DNA of 64,000 nt from the NCBI GenBank assembly GCA_030390025.1, contig JASTWF010000098.1, positions 744,001 through 808,000 of the forward strand. Direction: 5' to 3'. The notes beneath the pieces were generated by a model. That model saw only the letters and a program-made list of their open reading frames with translations, did not search any database and was not told where the DNA came from. The position numbers and the translations under genes were made by a program. This DNA comes from Squalus acanthias. Lineage: Eukaryota. Shown in pieces: positions 1 through 10,112 of this stretch (position 1 is the first letter of the stretch; the number at the start of each line of letters is the position of its first letter).

Positions 1-461
1 TTATCGTCTCTAAAAGTTTCCCCAGCACTCACGCTAGGCTGATTGGCCTGGAGTTGCCGGGTTTATCCCTCTCCCCTTTTTTGAACAGGGGTGTAACATT
101 TGCCATCCTCCAGTCCTCTGACACCACTCCCATATCTGAGGAGGCTTGGAAGATTGTGGCCAGAGTTCTGCTATTACCACCCTTACTTCCCTCAGCAACC
201 GAGGATGCATCCCATCCAGACTTGGTGACTTTTCAACTTTGAGCGCTGCCAACCTTTTAAGTACCTCCTCTTTATCTATTTTTTATCCTATTCAATTTCT
301 CTACTACCTCCTCCTTTACTGTGACATTGGCAGCATCCTCTTCTTTAGTGAAGACAGATACAAAGTACTCATTTAGTACCTCAGCCATGCCCTCTGCTTC
401 CACAACAAAATCTCCTTTTTTGTTCCGAATCGTCTCCATCCTTCCTTTGACTACGCTTTTA
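1..461 (-). mobile_element. CR1 LINE ORF2 fragment (start of RT region), decayed
   Basis: ORF 34..252 reads KSPSLDGMHPRLLREV, the CR1 KSPGPDG.HPR.L.E motif; frameshifted. Confidence 0.85.
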
Positions 462-464
462 CTA

Positions 465-780
465 TTTGTGGGAGTCCAAAACTAGGGGCCATAAATATAC
501 GATAGTCACTAATAAATCCAATAGGGAATTCAGGAGAAACTGCTTTACCCAGAGTGGTGAGAATGGGGAACTCGCTCCCACAGGGAGTGGTTGAGGACGA
601 ATAGCATTGATGCATTTAAGGGGAAGCTGGATAAACACACGAGGGAGAAGGAATAGAAGGATATGTTGATAGGGTGCGATGAAGAGGGGTGGGAGGAGGC
701 TCGTGTGGAGCAGAAACACCGGCATGGACCTGTTGGGCCGAATGGCCTGTTTCTGTGCTGTAAATACTGTGTAATTCTCA
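465..780 (+). mobile_element. CR1 LINE 3' end
   Basis: Degenerate TRGH...FFTQRVV coding end, then the shared tail ttgggccgaatggcctgtttctgtgctgta seen in many copies here. Confidence 0.85.
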
Positions 781-864
781 GTGTTTCTCAAGTGCTTGTG
801 AGGTAAGAAGTGAAATTATGACTTTTTTTTTTTAAAAAAAAGCAGAAAATAATAATGATTTCCA

Positions 865-1293
865 GGGGTAGAAGTTATGCTGCAGCTGTACAAAGTCCTG
901 GTTAGACCACACCTGGAGCACTGTGAGCAGTTCTGGGCACCACACCCTAGGGAGGATATATTGGCCTTGGAGGGAGTGCAGTATAGGTTTACCAGAATGG
1001 TGCCTGGACTCCAAGTGTTAAGTTACGAGGAGAGATTACACAAATTAGGGTTGTATTCCCTGGAATTTAGAAGGTTAAGGGGTGATTTGATTGAAGTTTT
1101 CAAGATATTAAGGGGAACTGATAGGGGAGATAGAGAGAAACTATTTCCGCTGGTTGGGGAGTCTAGGACTAGGGGGCATAGCCTAAAAATTAGAGCCAGA
1201 CCTTTCAGGAGTGAAATTAGGAAACACTTCCACACACAAAGGGTGGTAGAGGTTTGGAACTCTCTTCCGCAAACGGCAATTGATGCTGGATCA
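865..1293 (+). mobile_element. CR1 LINE ORF2 C-terminal fragment
   Basis: MLQLYKVLVRPHLEHCEQFWAP...RRLRGDLIEVFKI...RTRGHSLK...QRVVEVWNSLP. Confidence 0.9.
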
Positions 1294-1559
1294 ACTACGG
1301 CAAGATCACCCCTGCTCCCCCACCCCACCCCACCCCCCCACACCAAGACTATCGGGAATCTGCGACAACAGCTCCTCAAGCACAGACTCCCAGGGAAGTC
1401 AGACGGCACCCGCTCCCTGAGACCCCTCCCTCACCAGGAAACTACGGCAACAACCTCCCTCCTGCGAGACCCCCACGGAACTTTAATGCACATCAACGAA
1501 GGACACAGGATCATCATCCACTCCGTAACGCTCCACAGTGGGGATGGGGTAAGGGCTAA

Positions 1560-2112
1560 TCATAGAATCACGCAGCACAGAAGGAGGCCATTCGGCCCAT
1601 CGTGCCTGTGCCGGCTCTTTGAAAGAGCTCTCGAATTAGTCCCACTCCCCCCTGCTCTTTTCCCCCCATAGCCCTGCAAATTTTTTCTTTTCAAATATTT
1701 ATCCAATTCCCTTTTGAAAGTTATTATTGAATCTGCTTCCACCCCCCCTTCAGGCAGCGCATTCCAGCTCGTTGAGTAAAAAAATTCTCCTCTTCCCCTC
1801 TGGTTCTTTTGCCAATTACCTTAAATCTGTGTCCTCTGGTTATCGATACTCCTGCCGGTGGAAACAGTTTCTCCTTATCTACTCTATCAAAACTCATGAT
1901 TTTGAACACCTCTATTAAATCTCCCCTTAGCCTTCTCTGCTCCAAGGAGAACAACTCCAGCTTCTCCAGTCTCTCCATGTAACTGAGGTCCCTCCTCCAC
2001 TGGCACCATTCTAGTAAATCTCCTCTGCACCCTCGCCAAGGCCTTGACGTCCCTTTCTAAAGTGTGGTGTCCAGTGGACACAGTACTCCAGCTGAGGTCG
2101 AACCAGTGATTT
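1560..2112 (-). mobile_element. CR1 LINE 3' fragment
   Basis: ORFs 1724..1978 and 1887..2081 (LFSLEQRRLRGDLIEVFKIM) plus the CR1 tail. Confidence 0.9.
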
Positions 2113-2992
2113 AAAATGTGCCGGCGGTACCACGAGTATCCATGGGGAGGGGGAGAGAGGGAGGGAGGATGTGGTGAAAGTCATTTATTTTTTCTTCAGT
2201 GACAGAACCTCTCTTCCATTACTGAGAATGTTATTTAAAAAATACCAACCCTTCAGGTCTGCCTGTGGCTGCGAGTGTGTTTGAGTTTGAGCAACACTGA
2301 GTGAAGTTGGTGAGAGATCGCAAACAGTCTAAAGAGCCACCTGATTGCACAGTGGCAAAAAAAGAAAATGGAGACTATTTAATTTGCCTGACCCGACATA
2401 TCAGCAGGGCTAGACTTTATTAAGATGGAGACCACACCAAACGCTGGAGCAGAGCGGAGAAAAAAGGCCAATGCAATGTTAAAAAATAAGTAAACACCTT
2501 TGTCTGGGGGAATGGGTTGCAAAAGGAGATTATTAGTTGAAGCATGGTGCTCCCAGATCTAACGGAGTGCCACAGCACAGGCCAAGCAGTGACTAACTAC
2601 ACTCCTCTGATCACAGCTAGCCACACACTGGGGTAGGCCCGTTCCTCACTCACTTTCCAAAGGGAAGATTATGTAGAGTAACAATTTCTTTGTCAATGTT
2701 CAATTCTCCCCTTGGCCATGACTGTGCATGACCACATTGCACCTCGATACCTTGCCCCTAGCAACCATTTAGAGGAGCTAAGCTGGCCCTAGCAACAGTC
2801 TCTTGTAAGCATCCCCTGACCAGCTTTACCGTCAAGTACTTCAACTAATCCTTGACATTAACCTGGAGTGGTGTGTTATTGTGTGGCAGATTCTCAACGT
2901 TGGAGGCTGCCCAAACCTATTGGTGTCGGATTTTAACCCTTCCCGCCCCGTGTCAGTCTGAAGGGTGGGAGCATTAGTTTCTTCAACAATTA

Positions 2993-3365
2993 GAACAACT
3001 TGTGTTTATATAGTGCCTTTAACGTAGTAAAACATCCCAAGGCGCTTCACAGGACCGATTATCAAACAAAAATTTGACACCGAGCCACATCAGGAGATAT
3101 TAGGACAGGTGACCAAAAGCTTGGTCAAAGAGGTAGGTTTTAAGGAGCGTCTTAAATGAGGAGAGAGAGGCGGAGAGGTTTAGGGAGGGAATTCCAGAGC
3201 TTAGGGCCCGGGCAGCTGAAGGCACGGCCGTCAATGGTAGAGCGATGAAAATCGGGGATGCGCAAGAGGCCAGAATTGGAGGAGCGCAGAGATCTCGGAG
3301 GGTTGTAGGGCTGGAGGAGATTACAGAGGTAAGGAGGGGACAAGGCCATGGAGGGATTTCAAAGT
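2993..3365 (-). mobile_element. L2-type LINE 3' end
   Basis: ORF 3152..3349 (PPRSLRSSNSGLL...GRAFSCPGPKLWNSLP); terminus gctatataaatacaagttgtt on the minus strand. Confidence 0.85.
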
Positions 3366-3739
3366 AATGCCTACTGTCAGGAGCTCTCTGCGTCCCACTG
3401 CGCACAAAGTCCCGCACACCTGTATCTCCTGTCCATACTGACCTACACGGACCACCATTCCTCAAAATTCTCATCCTCACCTTCAAAGCCCCCATGGCCT
3501 CGCTACACTGAAACTTCTTCAACCTCCTTTAGCTCTACATCCCTGCACTCTGCTAATTCTTGCCCTAAACATCAAGATGAGTGGAGGGTTGGGATGTGTT
3601 GTGCTGGGCAGGGGTTGAGGGGTGGGGGAGGAGGGGGAAGTGACACTCAAGGCAGCTGTGCAGATTATCCCAATCTTTGAGACAAAGAAATCATGAGGTC
3701 CTTGCACTTGGTGTTAAGGTGAAGGGGATTTGAAGACAC

Positions 3740-4660
3740 AGTTTATGATGGAGAAAAGTTGTGGGTTGTTCTTGTCTTTGCATGATGGCTCCTGGAGTAA
3801 TAGGAGGAGAGAGTAATGCCTGGTGTGAGCAAGCTAAATTTGGCAATGAACAACAGGACTGGTCATGTGCCAGGCGCACTGAACTCTCTAGCCCTCAGAC
3901 TGGTAGATGGGAGCTGTGCCAGGTTAAACATCAGAGGCGAGAGATGAGGAGGATCTGGAAGGCAGGAGTGCGGGTGCTGCTCATCAGGTCACTAGCAGCG
4001 GCGATGTCATTGGTTAAGGAACTGGGGGCGTTCTTTTTCCAAGGGCAAAGGGTAACACTGGTGGGATTAGCGGTAAGCAGGGAGACACAAGGAGGTGATC
4101 GGAGATGGCCACAAATCAGTGATCAATACCCCGAGGGGGCCCTAGAGTGTGGGAACTGATGTGAAGGGTGAGGTTAAGGGAGGACAAGCGGGCATAAAGG
4201 TCGGAGAAGAAGCAAGGGGAATTAAGATGGAGGTTGAATACGGTGCACAGGCTTAGGGAAGAGATCTTGTATAGAATAGAATCATACAGCACAGAAGGAG
4301 GCCATTCGGCCCATCGTGCCTGTGCCGGCTCTTTGAAAGAGCTCTCCAATTAGTTCCACTCCCTCTGCTCTTTCCCCATAGTCCTGCAAATTTCTCCCCT
4401 TCAAGTAGTTATTCAATTCTCTTTTGAAAGTTACTATTGAATCTGCTTCCACCGCCCTTTCAGGCAGCGCATTCCAGATCATAACAACTCGCTGCGTAAA
4501 AACATTCTCCTCATCTCCCCTCTGATTCATCTATAAAGAGGCTGTGGGCTATCCGGCCCCTGATTAAGAGGGATAGAGTCTCTGGAAGGTGACCTGGAGA
4601 AAGCCGGAGGTTGGTGGCCTGATAGTGAGGCTTGGGAGAGAGGCAGTGGGAGCGTAGAGG
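3740..4660 (-). mobile_element. Old L2-type ORF2 endonuclease-region remnant, interrupted by a CR1 tail
   Basis: Minus strand reads FNLHLNSPC...LSSLNLTLHISSHT, resembling the APE DFN.H and PTH region; heavily decayed. Confidence 0.55.
4271..4530 (-). mobile_element. CR1 LINE 3' tail
   Basis: ORF 4282..4530 (VFTQRVVMIWNALPERAVEADS), near-identical to the 1560-1800 tail. Confidence 0.85.
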
Positions 4661-4793
4661 CAGGGTGGGCATGAGATTAGACAGCTCAACCCCTGGGAAT
4701 AAGCTGGGTGGGATGGTTGATAGGAGCAGGGATAAGGCAGATGGGGGCTGTTACCCTGAAAGAGCGGGTGATAAGTGCAGTGCTGGGGGTGGT

Positions 4794-5130
4794 AAAGACA
4801 CCCTCAAAGCCTCCTTGAAAAAGTGTAACATCCCCACCGACACCTGGGAATCTCTGGCCCAAGACCGCACAAAGTGGAGGAGAAGCATCTGGGAAGGCAC
4901 CGAACACCTCGAGTCTCTTCGCCGGGAGCAAGCGGAAGCCAAGCGCAAACAGCGGAAAGAGCGCACGTCAACCCAAGCACCCCACCCACCCGCCCCTTCA
5001 ACCACCGTCTGCCCGACCTGTGACAGAGACTGTAGGTCCCGCATTGGACTCATCACTCACCTGAGAACTCATTTTTAGTGTGGAAGCAAGTCATCCTCGG
5101 TTCCGAGGGACTGCCTAAGAAGAAGAAGAA
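4794..5130 (+). mobile_element. RTE-clade (BovB-like) LINE 3' fragment
   Basis: KDTLKASLKKCNI...WESLAQDRTKWR...CPTCDRDCRSRIGLITHLRTHF C-terminal zinc finger, short 3'UTR ending (aag)n; possible gggtgg duplication at the flanks. Confidence 0.85.
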
Positions 5131-5374
5131 AGGGTGGACCAGAGGGAGGCTGCGGGACAACAAGAGGAGATGAGCCTTGGCTGGCAGCAGAATAGGTCGG
5201 CTGGGAAATGGGACCGGATGGTAGGGGGCCGAGGGGTACACGCTGTTAAAAGAAAAAAGGGGGTGGAGGGTGGAGGAGAAGGGATAAGAGTGTTAGAGAC
5301 AGTAGGATAAATGAGAAGTGGAAATGTCGTACTGATGCAGTTGGGGTTGCGCTTCCAAGGGCAAGGTCAGGTGA

Positions 5375-5607
5375 TGTTGGCAGAGGGAGCTTTACCCTTC
5401 ATTAAACTCATCAGTACCTAGCCTGGGTGTTTGATCGGCCAATGTAGAGGGAGCTTTATCCCCATCTAACCCATAGCGTTCCCACATGGAACTGCATGGT
5501 GACTGTCCCAAACTAAGAGAAACTTTCGCTGCATTAGTCTAGGCTCCAAACCAGATCCCAAAACGATGAGAGACAGCGTTCTAACTGACTACGCCACCCA
5601 GTCCCCA
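5375..5607 (-). mobile_element. Old tRNA-headed SINE-like remnant containing two degenerate copies of the 67-bp minisatellite unit
   Basis: Minus strand gggactgggtggcgtagtcagttagaacgc (A-box-like), then two ...taaagctccctct... units. Confidence 0.45.
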
Positions 5608-5889
5608 GCTCTGCACCAAGACACCGCTCTACAGCACTGGGCAGCAGAGCAGAGCAAAGGCCGAACCCCTATCAGCTCCACCCAGAATGCAAAGGAGATG
5701 GAACACGATAAAGGAGATTCAAAGAGAAAGAATCCTCAGTGAACACTTTGAACATCAAAATAAACCCACACCAGCATCACTTAGTGAAACTTATTCTGTG
5801 ATTAAACACACACACACAGACGGGACCGCACAATCACCTCAGGCCATTGTAACAGGGTCTTCCTCCTTCCCTCGTGAAAACCGAAAACA

Positions 5890-6068
5890 GAAAGAGGGAG
5901 AAAGACAGAGGTGGACAGACAGACAGACATAGATGGACAGAGGGACAGAGAGAGAGACGGCGGACAGAGAGAGAGAGATGGATGGACAGTCAGAGAGAAA
6001 GAGAGATGGATGGATAGACAGAGAGAGAGAGACAGACGGACGGAGAGAGAGACGGACGGACAGACAGA
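5890..6068. repeat. Compound AG/AGAC/GGAT microsatellite
   Basis: Purine-rich di- and tetranucleotide runs. Confidence 0.9.
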
Positions 6069-6390
6069 ATCTAGGAGAACACCCTGCTCTTCCTTGAATA
6101 GTACTATGGAAAGTTCAATGCCCACCTGAACAGGCAGGCAGGGACCTCGGTTTAACCTCTTATCTGACAAATAAATCAAAGCTGCTGATTATAGGAGATC
6201 TGCACCACGTGCAGGGTTTCTGGCAGCGGCCACCAGCCAGTGGATAGTGAACAGAGCTGGGAAGCCCGGCTGATCATTTCCCATTTTATAAACTCAGGGG
6301 TGCAGAATTACATTGAATTTTACAGCGCAGAAAAAGGCAATTCGGCCCAACAGGGTCTAGCTCCCCACAAGCCTCCTCCCACCTTACATC

Positions 6391-7158
6391 GGCCCAGAAA
6401 TTGGACTTCGATGGTTGCCGCGGGGGTAAGGATCCCCCGCGATATCGCACTCCGCGCCTGCCTTTATGGTTTTGGCCCACACGAACTTCAGTTCCCGGGC
6501 CTCTCCCTGGTGCCGGCGCGCAGTGTGTGCGTATCCCAGAGGCGCAGTTAGTTCGATGCGACCTCTGGGATCACGTGGGCCAGTTAGAGCCAATGGCAGC
6601 ACACCAACTTTCATTCATAGTTTTGACAGGAAGAGCTGTCAAAGCTATGAATACAACTTGCCCCCAAAAGAACAGCTAAACCTCAATTAAATTTAAAAAA
6701 AAACCATTACATTAATAAAATAACTATAGTTAAATAAATTAACCACTTTAAACAAAAATTTAAATTTTTGAAAAAATTTAAATTCTTTTTAAAAGTTATA
6801 AAAATAAACTTACCTTTCTTTAAAGTCTCTAAAAAAGATAAACCTGTTGAAAAAAATTTAAAATACTTAATTAACTACTTACCTTGTTAAAAGGGGGTCT
6901 TACGCCTCCTTTCTTCATGTGTAAAATCTTCAACACTTACCTTCGCGTTCAAACCTGAAAAAAAAAACGAAGTGTGCTGCGTGCGCACAGCCTGTAGTGC
7001 GCACGCGGCTCACTTAGGAACCGCCCCCTTCGCAATATCGGAAGTGCCGGTTTCCCGCGCATGCGCAGTGCAGTGCATGCAGGAAACCGGCACTTCGGGA
7101 CCGAATACGCGAGAGTACACAGTGCGTACTCTCTCGTATTCAGACGAATTTCTGGGCC
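6391..7158. mobile_element. Non-autonomous DNA transposon (PIF/Harbinger-like MITE)
   Basis: 12-bp terminal inverted repeats GGCCCAGAAATT / AATTTCTGGGCC, CpG-rich arms, AT-rich core, splits a CR1 tail (6305-6390 / 7159-7180); superfamily inferred. Confidence 0.7.
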
Positions 7159-7302
7159 ATTATCTCACCCTATCAACACATCAAAGTTGAGGCCAAAACT
7201 CTTGCCCACATTGCAGCTGAGATCAGTTGGCTCAGCACAGACCTGGGAATTTCCTCGTCTTCATCATTCAAGTACTCACCGAGCCTCCAGGGGAAAAGTT
7301 TC

Positions 7303-7633
7303 CCTCCCGCCCCACAACCCACCGAGATCTCTGCGCTCCTCCAATTCTGGCCTCTTGCGCACCCCGGTTTTAATCGTTCCACCATTGGCGGCCGTGCCTT
7401 CAGCTGCCTGGGCCCTGAGCTCTGGAATTCCCTCCCTAAACCTCTCCACCTCTCTCTCCTCCTTTAAAATGCTCCTTAAAACCTACCTCTTTGACCAAGC
7501 TTTTGGTCACCTGTCCTACTGTCTCCTTATGTGGCTCGATGTCAAATTCTGTTTGATAATCGCTCCTGTGAAGCACCTTGGGATGGTTTACTACATTAAA
7601 GGCGCTATATAAATGCAAGTTGTTGTTGTCGTT
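7303..7633 (+). mobile_element. L2-type LINE 3' end
   Basis: PPRSLRSSNSGLL...LWNSLP...LKTYLFDQAF and terminal aaaggcgctatataaatgcaagttgttg. Confidence 0.85.
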
Positions 7634-7714
7634 GTATGGTGACGTAACTGAGTGAAGCAGTGGACAGCTGAAGTGTACGTGGTCAGATGCCTCATGGATG
7701 GGTCATTGCGTGAA

Positions 7715-8010
7715 CCTACATAGAAATTACAAGACGGAAACAGGCTGTTCAGCCCAACCAGTCCGTGTCGGCCTTTACCCTCCACATGAGCAATTAGTCC
7801 TATTCCCATTTACTGGCACTGTTCCCATATCCCGTCAACCCCTTTTCCATCATCCCCCCATTCCAATCTAATCTAGAATGTTGACAGAGTTTCTGCCTCA
7901 GCTGCTAACCCTGGGAGAGAATTTCACAGCCTCACAACTCTCTGTGTGTGAAGAAATTTCTCTTGCCCTCACTTTTAATCTCTTACATTTAATCTCGTAT
8001 CTATAGCCCC
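7715..8010 (-). mobile_element. Older CR1 3' tail
   Basis: Degenerate TRGYRYEI...FFTHRV and ttgggctgaacagcctgtttcc tail. Confidence 0.6.
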
Positions 8011-8120
8011 TCGTTTTTCGCCGCTCAGCCAGCTGGCAGCACAGACCAGCGTGGCCCTGTGGGCAAGACGTATATTTCACAGCACAGAGGCACGCTCCAG
8101 CTGCACAAGTTTGGGAAGTG

Positions 8121-8610
8121 TTATACAATAACACACCGTGCGTTACTGGGTATAACGCTCCTGTATATATTATACAATAACACACCGTGCGTTACTGGGT
8201 ATAACGCTCCTGTATATATTATATAATAACACACCGTGCGTTACTGGGTATAACGCTCCTGTATATATATTATATAATAACACACCGTGCGTTACTGGGT
8301 ATAACGCTCCTGTATATATTATATAATAACACACCGTGCGTTACTGGGTATAACGCTCCTGTATATATATTATATAATAACACACCGTGTGTTACTGGGT
8401 ATAACGCTCCTGTATATATTATATAATAACACACCGTGCGTTACTGGGTATAACGCTCCTGTATATATTATATAATAACACACCGTGCGTTACTGGGTAT
8501 AACGCTCCTGTATATATATTATATAATAACACACCGTGTGTTACTGGGTATAACGCTCCTGTATATATTATATAATAACACACCGTGCGTTACTGGGTAT
8601 AACGCTCCTG
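8121..8610. repeat. Minisatellite, 49/51-bp unit, 10 copies
   Basis: acacaccgtgcgttactgggtataacgctcctg(ta)n ttatataata recurring at 8131, 8180, 8229, 8280 ... 8578; length varies by one TA. Confidence 0.95.
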
Positions 8611-9478
8611 AGTATAACAGTGTTGTTGGTTTTATGCTCCTGTTCACTGTACATTATGAAACCGCCAGAATTCTTTTACATGACACAGCAGCACATCACA
8701 CTGTGGTCACACCACAACATGAAAGTGAGCCCGGCACTCTGTGGGGCTGTCGGTAGCCACCAGGATGATCTCGCAATCAGAGGAAGCCATCAAATGTTTT
8801 CCCAAAACACCAAGGCGCTTGATTTAAAGCAGCATCGGGGCCGGCTGGAGAGCGAGCGAGGAGACACTGGGCCAGCCAGGTGCTTCTCTCAGCCCTTGTT
8901 GTGAGGTGCCCCCATGTTGTCCTGGTCGAAGCAGCTGGGAGGATATGAAAAGTCCCAGATGAAAGTTGAGTGCATCCAGTCGCTTCAATGGTGTTTGATA
9001 TTTTTTTTTAAAGAAAAGATGTGAGAGAGAAAGTCTGGGGGGAGGGAGGGAATTCGACACCTTAACAATTTCAACAAAACACTCTCACTGCGAGCGGGCC
9101 TCTTTATTTTTGCAAAGCTGTTTTTTGTCCTCAGAAACAATGTTTCAAATACTTTATGCCACACACGCACCTTTCAAAACAAGCCTGTGTCTATCTGTCT
9201 GACGACATCTGTAAAGAATCCTCTATAAATCTGAACAAGAGGAGCTGGATCAAACTATGTGCGTGTGCACGTTGGTGGAAGGTGACACAGTGCACTCGTA
9301 TGCAGTGCCTCCAAGAGGCAGGGCACGGGTCCAGGAGACCAAGCATCTGGCTCGGGCAAGGGGTATTGCGAGCAAGACCATTCGATACGTGCGAGAGAGA
9401 GGGATAGAGAAAGAGTGAGAGAGAGCAAGTGAGAGCGAGAAAGGCAGCGAGCGAAACAGCGAGTGAGAACGAAGAGAA

Positions 9479-9757
9479 AAAGAAAGGCTTGCATTTCTGT
9501 AGCGCCTTTCACGATCTCAGGACGTCCCAAAGCTCTTCGCAGTCAATGAAGTACTTTTGAAGCGTAGTCACTGTTGTAATGTAGGAAACGCGGCAGCCAA
9601 TTTGCGCACAGCAAGCTCCCACAAACAGCAATGTGATAATGACCAGATAATCTGTTTTAGTGATGTTGCTTGAGGGATTAAATATTGGCCAGGACACCGG
9701 GGAGAACTCCCCTGCTCTTCTTCAAAATAGTGCCGTGGGATCTTTTGCGTCCATCTG
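9479..9757 (-). mobile_element. DeuSINE/SacSINE1-type SINE, 3' half (split by the 3.4-kb insertion)
   Basis: Reverse complement of tgctgtttgtgggagcttgctgtgcgcaaattggctgcc...aaaggcgcta..aaatgcaag; continues at 13204. Confidence 0.9.
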
Positions 9758-10112
9758 TCGGGAACGGTAGCCTAGTGGTTATGTTACTGGGCTAGTAATC
9801 CAGAGGCCTGGACTAATGATCCGGAGACAGGAGTTCAAATCCCACCACAGCAGCTGGGGAATTTAAATTCAGTTAATTAATTAAATCTGCAAGAAAAAAA
9901 GCAGCTAGTATCAAACTATCGGATTGTCGTGGAAACCCATCTGGTTCACTAATGTCCTTTAGGGAAGGAAATCTGCCGTCCTTACCCGGTCTGGCCTATA
10001 TGTGACTCCAGACTCACATCAATGTGGTTGACTCTTAACTGCCCTCTGAAATGGCCGAGCAAACCACTCAGTAGCAAAAAAACACGATGAAAAACAATAA
10101 TAATAAAACCGG

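Noticed and set aside
877-1671. 264-aa ORF as a host or fusion gene
   Set aside because: CR1 C-terminus reading through by chance into low-complexity sequence and an antisense CR1 tail
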